This document shows, one piece after another, positions 38,827 to 47,707 of a stretch of 64,000 nucleotides of DNA. The translations under genes and the position numbers were made by a program. Within the stretch, counting starts at the first letter, position 1. Every line of letters starts with the position of its first letter. Location of the stretch: NCBI GenBank assembly GCA_046759445.1, contig JBHICG010000008.1:1-64000 (forward strand), given 5' to 3'. Origin of the DNA: Candidatus Scalinduaceae bacterium. GTDB lineage: Bacteria; Planctomycetota; Brocadiia; Brocadiales; Scalinduaceae. The notes below the pieces were generated by a model that was not told the DNA's origin, searched no databases, and worked only from the letters and a program-made list of their open reading frames with translations.

Positions 38827-40201
38827 CAATTCAACTTTATCTAACAGGCATGAGACATTATTTTTGTGGGAGGTCAGAAAAAGTAATCCCAATGGTGATC
38901 CAAGTGGAAATGAGCCACGTATAGACAGGCATACAAAGAGATGTGATGTAACTGATGTATGTATTAAAAGATCAGTTAGAGATTATATCAGTGTAAGAGA
39001 AGGACTTGATTCTTTATTGGTTACTAAACTTGGAACCGATTTGTCTGAAACCGTGCGTGTTACTGACAGAATAATAGTTTATCTGTTTGGCACTCCGAAA
39101 AAAACAGAGGAGTCTAAAAAATTAGTTGAGACAACAATTGCTGACAGATTAGATAAAGATAAAGAACCATACAAATCATTTCTTGAAAAAACCCCATCTT
39201 CAGCTACTTTGAAAGCTCTTATAAGTAACAAAAGAGAAGATAAGGAAAAGCTTAAAAAAATCGTAAAAGAAAATACACCAGTTGACAGTATCCAGAGAGA
39301 CTTAATAAAAACTTTACGCTCATTTCTATGTGGTACTTTTAAAGATTTAAGAATGTTTGGAAGTGTTCTTGCCTTAGAGGATGATTTAAAAGCTTTAGGC
39401 GGAGATTTGACCGGTCCAATCCAGATAGAAGTTGGAACATCTTTACATCGTGTAGTGCATTCTAATAAGCAAATCACTAGTGTTATGGGTAGTAAAGAAG
39501 AACATGAAGCAGGAATAATTGGTGATACACATTGCATTGAATACGGTCTTTTTGCTACAAGCGCTATTGCTAATGAGAATGCAGCAAGGTTTACAGGGCT
39601 TGCTGATATAGACCATGAATTGTTCTTAAAGGCTTTATGGCGTGGAACTCGTGACAGGCACACGCGAAGCAAGAATCAGGTACCAAGATTGTTGATTGAT
39701 ATTGAATATAACAAACCTTTCCATTTTGGGGATCTCGTTAATAGCGTCAAATTAAATCCAGTTGAGAGGAGTGGGAAACTACTTGACGAGGAAGCTTATA
39801 GAAGCATTGATGATTTTACAATGGATTTAACAAAGTTTTATGAAAAGATTAATTCCAAAAATGAAGCCATAAAATCTATAAAATTTGCTTCAAACGGACT
39901 TATAACTTTAGACGAGTTGAAAAATAAACTTAATAATGATTTAAAGGATAAAGTCTGTGAAATTTCTGGTATTGATTTTGATTCAACAATAGAGATTGAG
40001 GTCAATGATTTTAGCGAAGATGCTAAAATGGTAATAGAAGGGGTTAAGGGAATCACATATTGCGAACCAAATAAAATAATCACTATTACAACAGGTTTAA
40101 CGGAGGATATGTTTAAAAAGATTATTGAAAAACAAGCATTACAACCTTATAAAGATGCCCTCCAAAAAGCTTATAATTCGCTAAAGGAAAAATTGAAATG
40201 A
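38819..40201 (+). CDS. cas7: Type I-B Cas7 (Csh2-like), enlarged
   Basis: SNPNGDP...PRID...VTDVCIKRSVRDY, DLRMFG, TGPIQ, TRSK; AGGAGG RBS before ATG 38819. Confidence 0.9.
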   Translation: MSNNSTLSNRHETLFLWEVRKSNPNGDPSGNEPRIDRHTKRCDVTDVCIKRSVRDYISVREGLDSLLVTKLGTDLSETVRVTDRIIVYLFGTPKKTEESKKLVETTIADRLDKDKEPYKSFLEKTPSSATLKALISNKREDKEKLKKIVKENTPVDSIQRDLIKTLRSFLCGTFKDLRMFGSVLALEDDLKALGGDLTGPIQIEVGTSLHRVVHSNKQITSVMGSKEEHEAGIIGDTHCIEYGLFATSAIANENAARFTGLADIDHELFLKALWRGTRDRHTRSKNQVPRLLIDIEYNKPFHFGDLVNSVKLNPVERSGKLLDEEAYRSIDDFTMDLTKFYEKINSKNEAIKSIKFASNGLITLDELKNKLNNDLKDKVCEISGIDFDSTIEIEVNDFSEDAKMVIEGVKGITYCEPNKIITITTGLTEDMFKKIIEKQALQPYKDALQKAYNSLKEKLK

Positions 40202-40911
40202 AAGTTTTGTTTTTCTTAATGCATGGCCGGTTTGCCCATTTTTGTGCGCCATATACGAATGTTTACAGGTTGACTCAGCCATGCCCTACGAAAACAGCAA
40301 TAATGGGCTTTATAGGTTCAGTATTAGGCATTGAAAAGGACGACTTGATCCTTTATCAAGAAATTCAATGCGGTTTAGAGATATGTAGTGAATATAGAAC
40401 GGTTTCTATGCCGTATCTCACCCGTCAAGGATTTCCTGGAAGTGCAGCAAACAAAGAGTCTTCAAGAACATCTGTAGAAGTAATAGTTAATCCTAAATAC
40501 AGAATATATATCACTGGGAATAGCGAATTACTTCTAAAAATTCACGATTTGATGATTCAGCAGAAGCCTGTCTTTACCCCCTATCTTGGACTTGCTCAAT
40601 TTATAGCCAGCACGGATTTTCAGATTTCAGAACTTGTTGAAGGAGAATTAACAGAAGGGGTTGATTTAGCAGCAAAGGGTGCTTTTATGAGGGAGGTTCA
40701 CGGAGAATTGGATTTTGAAAAAATCAACACTCTATCCAAAGAATGCAAGCTGAGGATAACTGAATTTGAAGGATTATGCGACATTAAACCTCCTAGAGAT
40801 TTTGAGCATGCAGTTTTTACAGTAAATCTGGATGGCGGTACGGTCCCGCTTATAAATACGAAGGATATTTTGAAAATACCTGCATGGAATAAAAATGTGC
40901 CAATTTTCTGA
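40198..40911 (+). CDS. cas5: Cas5
   Basis: GRFAHF...PTKTAIMGFIGSVLG...PKYRIY...PYLG. Confidence 0.9.
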   Translation: MKVLFFLMHGRFAHFCAPYTNVYRLTQPCPTKTAIMGFIGSVLGIEKDDLILYQEIQCGLEICSEYRTVSMPYLTRQGFPGSAANKESSRTSVEVIVNPKYRIYITGNSELLLKIHDLMIQQKPVFTPYLGLAQFIASTDFQISELVEGELTEGVDLAAKGAFMREVHGELDFEKINTLSKECKLRITEFEGLCDIKPPRDFEHAVFTVNLDGGTVPLINTKDILKIPAWNKNVPIF

Positions 40912-43249
40912 TATAAAATCACATCCCGATTTACTCCTTGAAAAACATTTAACACAGGTCGCTGACATTGCAGTTGACCTTCTTGAAAATAAACAAGTAT
41001 GTTTCCCATCTCTTAGCCTTACAAAAGAACACTTAAAAGAACTTGTTAAAAGGGCTGCACTGTTCCATGATTTAGGCAAGGCAACAACATATTTTCAAGA
41101 AAGATTAAAGACGGGTAAGAAATGGCCAAATGGCGAACATCAACATACTGGACTATCTGCCTTGCTTGCATATAAGCCTCTTATAACATACTGCATAGAA
41201 AATAATTTGGATAATTCAATTGCATTGGCTCCATTAATGGCAGTGCAGTTTCATCATTCCGGATTCAAAAAAGAATTTCCAAATGATTCGGCAATGGATG
41301 CTCGTTTAAAAGAATTTAAGAAAGAATTTTTGACTTTACAAACTTTAAAAGATGTGGGGATGACTAATGAGGTAATCTCAATAGACCCGATTAAAGTAGA
41401 TTGTGGTTTTGAAAACCTTTTTTCAGATATGTCAGCTTTTAGTGATGAGCAAAAAATTGAGTTTCGCTTATTGTTTTTATTTATCTTTTCTCTTTTATTA
41501 GAGGCAGACAAGGCATATCTTGCGGTAAAAAACAAGGAATTATACCAGCGGAAACCCGTAAAAATTGATCCTATAGTTATTGATAATTATAAAGCTAAAG
41601 TATTTAAAAATAAAAATGCAAAGATAAACAATGACAGGGAGAAGGCTTATAAAGAAGTTTTGACTGGGTTGAATGCTCTTGATTTGAATAATCATATATA
41701 TAGGCTTACTCTCCCTACAGGTATGGGCAAGACCTTATTGGCTGCATCATGGGCAATTAAGCTACGAAATAAAATGCAAAATGAACTCGGTATTACTCCA
41801 CAAATTATTACGACATTACCGTTTCTCTCAATTATTGACCAGACGGCAAAGGCATATGAGGAATTTCTCAACAATCCTGATGAAGAGATGTTTCTTAAGA
41901 CTCATTCCCTTTCATCTTTTGATTTCAATGGTTATGAAGCCAATACAGCAGAATTTTTTGTAAATATATGGAAATCACAAATTGTGATGACCACTTTTGA
42001 CCAATTATTGTATGCCTTTTTCAGCGATAAGCCGAAGCATCTTATGAGATTTCATAACCTTTTAAATAGCATAATCATTATGGACGAAGTACAAGCATTG
42101 CCACCACATCTTTGGCACCCGTTTTCGACTTTTATTAGATACATAACTGATTTAGGCAAAAGTCACCTATTGCTTATGTCTGCAACGCAACCTCAAATAA
42201 TAGATTCAGCAATAGAGCTAGTGCCTTCTGTATCTGAGAATAATGAAATCAAGGGGGCTGAAAGATTTTTTGAGAAACTATCCAGATATAAGTTGCTATT
42301 GAAACATCAAGACAGTAAAAGCATAGATGAATTTATCAGTGAGATGAGAGATAGACTTTCTAAGATGGATGAAGACAAGATTATGGTCGTTCTTAACACA
42401 CGCGATTCAGCCAAGCAAGTTTATGAAAATCTTAAAGATGTTGCAAAGGACAGAGAGACTTATTTTCTTTCATCATATGTGATTCCTTTTGAGCGATTGG
42501 ATAGAGTTGAGAGGATTAAGAATTCAAAACGAGCATTAGTTATAACTACTCAATGCATTGAAGCAGGGGTGGATATTGATATGGATTATGTAATCCGCGA
42601 CTTTGGACCCTTGGATTCAATTATTCAGGTTGCCGGAAGATGCAACAGGGAAGGCGAAAAAGCAATGCGGACGGTTGAAATTGTAAGATTATATGATCCT
42701 GAGGCAAAAAGTAGATTTTGTCCGAGTGGAGAATTCAATGCAATGGTTTATGATCAACTTGCTATTAATGCAACCGCTGACATATTTGGTAAAAGCAAGG
42801 AAATTTCAGAAAATCAAATTTTCGACCTGGCAATAAAATATTTTAATGAACTAAAGCGTAAGGATTTGGGCAAGAATAGAACAGAATGCCTCTTAGATTT
42901 TTCTCATAAATATCTGAAGAATGGAAGGCAGCATAAATTTGATATAAAGTCAGAACTGAGAGGAGAATTGAAACAGTATAATTTAATAGTTGATAAATAT
43001 GCTTCTGAGTTGAAAAAAGAAATAGAACAGATTTTTAAGGAAGATATAGACCGATGGGTACGGAGAAGAAAATTAAAAGAACTTTCTAGTAAGATTTCAA
43101 TGAGCTCTATATCCGTAAATGCTTACAAGTTTAATCCAGACGATATAGCAGACAAGGGTAAAGGCGACTTTTATTTCTTAGAGTCAAGATATTACGATGA
43201 TGAGATTGGATTTAACTACAGGACTCCATTAGGAACAATTATAATATGA
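40895..43249 (+). CDS. cas3: Cas3 HD nuclease-helicase
   Basis: HL..V, FHDLGK, LPTGMGKT, DEVQ, SAT, IEAGVDID, QVAGRCNR. Confidence 0.95.
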   Translation: MCQFSDIKSHPDLLLEKHLTQVADIAVDLLENKQVCFPSLSLTKEHLKELVKRAALFHDLGKATTYFQERLKTGKKWPNGEHQHTGLSALLAYKPLITYCIENNLDNSIALAPLMAVQFHHSGFKKEFPNDSAMDARLKEFKKEFLTLQTLKDVGMTNEVISIDPIKVDCGFENLFSDMSAFSDEQKIEFRLLFLFIFSLLLEADKAYLAVKNKELYQRKPVKIDPIVIDNYKAKVFKNKNAKINNDREKAYKEVLTGLNALDLNNHIYRLTLPTGMGKTLLAASWAIKLRNKMQNELGITPQIITTLPFLSIIDQTAKAYEEFLNNPDEEMFLKTHSLSSFDFNGYEANTAEFFVNIWKSQIVMTTFDQLLYAFFSDKPKHLMRFHNLLNSIIIMDEVQALPPHLWHPFSTFIRYITDLGKSHLLLMSATQPQIIDSAIELVPSVSENNEIKGAERFFEKLSRYKLLLKHQDSKSIDEFISEMRDRLSKMDEDKIMVVLNTRDSAKQVYENLKDVAKDRETYFLSSYVIPFERLDRVERIKNSKRALVITTQCIEAGVDIDMDYVIRDFGPLDSIIQVAGRCNREGEKAMRTVEIVRLYDPEAKSRFCPSGEFNAMVYDQLAINATADIFGKSKEISENQIFDLAIKYFNELKRKDLGKNRTECLLDFSHKYLKNGRQHKFDIKSELRGELKQYNLIVDKYASELKKEIEQIFKEDIDRWVRRRKLKELSSKISMSSISVNAYKFNPDDIADKGKGDFYFLESRYYDDEIGFNYRTPLGTIII

Positions 43250-43929
43250 AAATATTGAGTTGTGTTGTCCGGTTGTATTTTGATAATTCAACTGACGATC
43301 TAGATATTCAATCTAAAGACCTGCGTGGCGCTATTGCATACCTTTATCCCAATGAAATACTTCTTCATCAACATTTGGAAGATGGCACACTGAAATATAA
43401 TTATCCTATTGTTCAATACAAATATGTTAATAAGAAATGCCTTATTGTAGGCATTGAAAAAGGAGCAAAGGTTATTAATAATCTAAATTTGATCGGAGAA
43501 ATAATTATATTGTCTCATCAAAAATATAAGATTTTAAAAAAAGATATAATGTTTCAAGAATCATCATATAGCACAACAAAGAAAATGGTATCTTATTCTT
43601 TACTAACCCCCTGGCTAGCGTTGAATGAGAAGAATTATGAGAAATATCAAAAACTAGGAAGTTGGCAGAAAAGGAAAGAGCTTTTGTGTAAAATTCTCAT
43701 TGGTAATATTATTTCCATGTCAAAGAGTTTGGGATATACCGTGCCAGAAGCAATCATGGCAAACATTAGTAAACTCGAAGAAGTTCGAACATCTTTAAAG
43801 GGCACTCCAATGCTAGGATTCCTAGGCACTTTCTCCGTAAACTTCGAGATACCTGATTACTGGGGGATTGGTAAATCGGTGTCAAGGGGGTTTGGGACGA
43901 TTAAGCGAGTTGATGGGTTTAATCGTTGA
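43246..43929 (+). CDS. cas6: Cas6 (Cas6b-like) endoribonuclease
   Basis: YNYPIVQYK, TPWLALN, LIGNIISMSK and glycine loop GIGKSVSRGFG. Confidence 0.9.
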   Translation: MKILSCVVRLYFDNSTDDLDIQSKDLRGAIAYLYPNEILLHQHLEDGTLKYNYPIVQYKYVNKKCLIVGIEKGAKVINNLNLIGEIIILSHQKYKILKKDIMFQESSYSTTKKMVSYSLLTPWLALNEKNYEKYQKLGSWQKRKELLCKILIGNIISMSKSLGYTVPEAIMANISKLEEVRTSLKGTPMLGFLGTFSVNFEIPDYWGIGKSVSRGFGTIKRVDGFNR

Positions 43930-43959
43930 AGAAATGAATTTCCAGATCAGGAAATTGTC

Positions 43960-44469
43960 ATGCAAAATATGGAAGTTATACCCCAACAAGCAATCGAAAG
44001 TAAGATATACATCATTAGAGGCAGAAAGGTGATGTTGGACAGAGACCTGGCAATTCTTTATGCAGTTGAAACGAAAATGCTCAATCGCGCTGTCAAAAGA
44101 AATGTAGAACGTTTTCCAGAAGACTTTATGTTTCAATTGACGAAAAAAGAATACGTTGAACTTTTAAGGTGCCAATTTGGTACCTTAAAAAGAGGACAGC
44201 ACAGTAAATATCTTCCATATGCTTTTGCAGAAAACGGCGTGGCAATGCTATCAAGCGTCTTGAATAGTCAGAGAGCTATACAGGTAAATATTCAAATTAT
44301 GAGAACGTTTACAAAAATCAGGGAAATGCTTGCTACACATAAAGAATTAAAACAAAAGATTGAAGAAATGGAAAAGAAATACGATTATCAATTTAAGGTT
44401 GTTTTTGACGCTATAAAACAGTTAATAGAACCTCCGAAGAAATCCAGAAAAAGGATAGGTTTTAAGTAA
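43960..44469 (+). CDS. ORF6N domain DNA-binding protein
   Basis: [44 protein letters not shown]. Confidence 0.9.
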   Translation: MQNMEVIPQQAIESKIYIIRGRKVMLDRDLAILYAVETKMLNRAVKRNVERFPEDFMFQLTKKEYVELLRCQFGTLKRGQHSKYLPYAFAENGVAMLSSVLNSQRAIQVNIQIMRTFTKIREMLATHKELKQKIEEMEKKYDYQFKVVFDAIKQLIEPPKKSRKRIGFK

Positions 44470-44486
44470 AAAACGATGTAATAATA

Positions 44487-44717
44487 TTGTTAAATATTAG
44501 ATCAGATATTAGAGTAGATAAAATGTTTGGACCACCTAAAAACATAGAAGGACAATGTAATGCACATTGTTATATTGCAGATGATTACAGAGATAATCAT
44601 GCAACAATAAGATGTCAGCTTCTGCCAAATCATAAGGGTAAGTATAAAGAAGTTAGTCGAGAAGGAAAATTAATAATCGAATGGGAAGAAGATGAAAGAG
44701 AACGTGAGTCAGCTTGA
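44487..44717 (+). CDS. Small hypothetical Cys/His protein
   Basis: CNAHC...HATIRC.L...H; co-oriented inside the cas operon. Start may be the internal ATG (MFGPP). Confidence 0.55.
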   Translation: MLNIRSDIRVDKMFGPPKNIEGQCNAHCYIADDYRDNHATIRCQLLPNHKGKYKEVSREGKLIIEWEEDERERESA

Positions 44718-44842
44718 ACTGTTTAAACTGCTGAAACGGAGTGTAAGTGTATGTGGTCAGTGAAAGTAAATTACTTACAGCTTTCACCTACACTCTTCAC
44801 TTACACTATAAATCTAACATCTATATTCTATTTCTAAAAACC

Positions 44843-45814
44843 ATGCAACTCGTAATCAACACTTACGGTTCTTATCTTCGAAAGAAGGAAGGTTGCTTCC
44901 TTGTTAAAAATGAGGATGGTGAGTTCGACGTATCTGTAAAAAAGGTGGATAGTATTATGATTACGACAAGTTCTTATCTTTCCACTGACGCAATAAAGAT
45001 GGCAATGGATAATAACATTGACGTTATCTTCCTTGATGATTATGGAGACCCTTACGGCAGGGTGTGGCATTCAAAACTTGGAAGTACCGTTGCAATAAGA
45101 CGCAAACAACTGGAAATGACATCTAACGAAAAAGGCCTGAATATGGCCAAGGAATGGATAATAGCAAAACTAGACAATCAGATTGAGTTCCTTACTAAAC
45201 TAAAAAACTCAAGACCAGAAAAAGAGTCCAAATTAAATGAATATAGTTCAAGACTGGGAGAAACAAAGGAAAAATTGGGAAAACTGACAGGTACAATTGA
45301 TGAAAAAAGAAACACAATAATGGGACTCGAAGGTTCTGCAGGCAGGACTTATTTTGAAGCCATTAATTACGTCATGCCAGATAGATATAAATTCGATGGA
45401 AGAAGTAAGCAACCAGCAAAGGATGAATTTAATTGTCTCCTCAACTACGGATATGGTGTCCTTTATTCAATAGTTGAAAAGGCGTGCATTATAGCAGGAC
45501 TCGATCCTTACGTTGGTTTCGTTCACACTGATAATTATAATAAGAAATCACTCGTATTCGACCTGATAGAGATGTTTAGAATTTTTGTAGACCAGACGGT
45601 TGTCTATCTCTTCAGTCAAAGGCAAGTAAAACAGGAGTATTTTGACAAAATAAAGAATGGATTGACTCTGAATAAAGAAGGAAAGGCTGTGCTGATAGAG
45701 GCGCTTAATAAGACCTTTGACAAGAGTGTCAGGTACAAGGGAAGAAATATAAAGAATAAAAATATAATTCAGTTTGAGTGCCATGCGATAGCGAATGGGA
45801 TTATCAAGTGTTAG
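44843..45814 (+). CDS. cas1: Cas1
   Basis: MQLVINTYGSYL, MGLEG.A...YF, LNYGYG.LY, GLDPYVGF.H, LVFDLIE.FR. Confidence 0.95.
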   Translation: MQLVINTYGSYLRKKEGCFLVKNEDGEFDVSVKKVDSIMITTSSYLSTDAIKMAMDNNIDVIFLDDYGDPYGRVWHSKLGSTVAIRRKQLEMTSNEKGLNMAKEWIIAKLDNQIEFLTKLKNSRPEKESKLNEYSSRLGETKEKLGKLTGTIDEKRNTIMGLEGSAGRTYFEAINYVMPDRYKFDGRSKQPAKDEFNCLLNYGYGVLYSIVEKACIIAGLDPYVGFVHTDNYNKKSLVFDLIEMFRIFVDQTVVYLFSQRQVKQEYFDKIKNGLTLNKEGKAVLIEALNKTFDKSVRYKGRNIKNKNIIQFECHAIANGIIKC

Positions 45815-45897
45815 TATAAGTAAATGGTGTAAGTGATAGGTGAAAGTGTAAGTGAATCGTATCGTTTAAGTGTATAGTGATAAGAAGGGAGATAGAG

Positions 45898-46269
45898 ATG
45901 AATGTTGATATCAAAAGTGTTGAGGATCTGGATGTTTTCAAAATGGCTCATGAACTGGTATTGAAAATATATAAGATTACAAAAAAGTTTCCTGACGAAG
46001 AGAAGTTTGGTTTAGTTTCACAAATGAGAAGAGCTGTATCATCAGTACCCATGAATTTAATGGAAGGTGGACACCGTCTTTCTTCAAAAGAGTACCGTCA
46101 ATTTGCAGGCATAGCGAACGGTTCTATAGGTGAATTTAAATATCATATACTTTTATCTAAAGACCTCAAATATCTATCAAACGATATTTACCATGAATTA
46201 AGAAATACAGCAGAAGAAATTAGCAAGATGTTAATGGGATTAATAAAATCCCTTTCAAAGAAGCAGTAA
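45898..46269 (+). CDS. Four helix bundle protein, copy 3 (divergent), between cas1 and cas2
   Basis: EDLDVFK...FPDEEKFGLVSQMRRAVSSVPMNLMEG...IANGSIGE. Confidence 0.92.
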   Translation: MNVDIKSVEDLDVFKMAHELVLKIYKITKKFPDEEKFGLVSQMRRAVSSVPMNLMEGGHRLSSKEYRQFAGIANGSIGEFKYHILLSKDLKYLSNDIYHELRNTAEEISKMLMGLIKSLSKKQ

Positions 46270-46373
46270 ATTTCGTTTTTTAGAAATGAAAGAATTTCTG
46301 TCTATAGAATTTAACTATAACCTAAAGGCATATTCACCAATACTTACACTTACACCGAACACATACACTATAA

Positions 46374-46667
<294 letters not shown>

Positions 46668-46767
46668 TGAAAGTGTTTTGTGTAAGTGTCAGTGATTTTA
46701 CTTACACACATACGCTTATTATTACAACTTCACTTTCACTCTTACACTTACACCTACACTATCAGAA

Positions 46768-47385
46768 ATGAATACGGCAGAAACACAAGGAATTTATGTT
46801 ACACCATCCGAGGTAATAGAGTATCTATATTGTCCGAGGTTTATTTATTTTATGAACTGCCTCTGTATTCCCCAGCATGAGGAACAAAGATATAAGGTAA
46901 TTAAAGGCAGGGAATTACACGATGAGAGAAAGAATATAAATAAGTCTTATCTGCGAAAAAAATTGAAATGTGTCGAAAAGGATATAGATGTCTATATGTC
47001 TTCTGATAAATATCATTTAAAGGGTGTGGTGGACGAAGTTTTGTACCTTGAAGATGGGACATTGGCGCCATTAGACTATAAGTTTGCTGAATATCGTGAA
47101 ACGCTTTTTAAGACGCACAAGTATCAGTCGGTTCTATATGCAATCTTGATTAAAGAAAATTACAAGAAAAACGGTTCAGACAATATTGAAGTAAAGAAGG
47201 GTTTTGTTTGTTACACTAGAAGCAAAAATTTAATAAAGGAAATCAAGTATAGCGAAAAGGATTTCAAGATGGCCACAAATGCTATATCGGAGACTCTGAA
47301 TATAATACAAAGTGGCCACTATCCGAAAAAGACCAGATATTTATCAAAATGTATTGATTGCTGCTATAGAAATATCTGTGTATAA
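46768..47385 (+). CDS. cas4: Cas4
   Basis: YCPR, G..D, PLDYK, Q...YA and C-terminal CxxCxYxxxC. Confidence 0.95.
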   Translation: MNTAETQGIYVTPSEVIEYLYCPRFIYFMNCLCIPQHEEQRYKVIKGRELHDERKNINKSYLRKKLKCVEKDIDVYMSSDKYHLKGVVDEVLYLEDGTLAPLDYKFAEYRETLFKTHKYQSVLYAILIKENYKKNGSDNIEVKKGFVCYTRSKNLIKEIKYSEKDFKMATNAISETLNIIQSGHYPKKTRYLSKCIDCCYRNICV

Positions 47386-47707
47386 ATTAGCTCTCTTCGG
47401 TGGCTAATTTTTTTAAATCGCAAATAAAAATACGTGTAGGGTGGGGTGGATCTACTAACAAGCAGATAATAAGGCAATACAATTACTTAGTGAACTTCTA
47501 AAAGACATAAATGATGTTAATTTATAATACTTTTGTGTAGTTAACAACGTAAACATTTGTTATTAAATGGTATAAGAATTGGGAAACCATGTAACGTAGT
47601 TAAAAAAGGATTGATTTATGACAAAAAAGCAAAGGGAATTACTGGAAATAATGCTTTCTAAAAGAATATCAAGTTGTAATGTTTACTACCCTTGCACAAA
47701 AAGTGCG
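47386..47707 (+). promoter_or_regulatory. CRISPR leader
   Basis: AT-rich non-coding stretch between cas4 and the first repeat; the degenerate repeat is at the far end of the array. Confidence 0.7.

Noticed and set aside
39079..39672. 197-aa antisense ORF inside cas7, and similar shadow ORFs across housekeeping genes
   Set aside because: These lie antisense to well-supported genes and show no motifs or RBS.
46686..46880. ORF with HFHSYTYTYT
   Set aside because: It is an artefact of the TACACT hexamer arm and overlaps cas4 out of frame.
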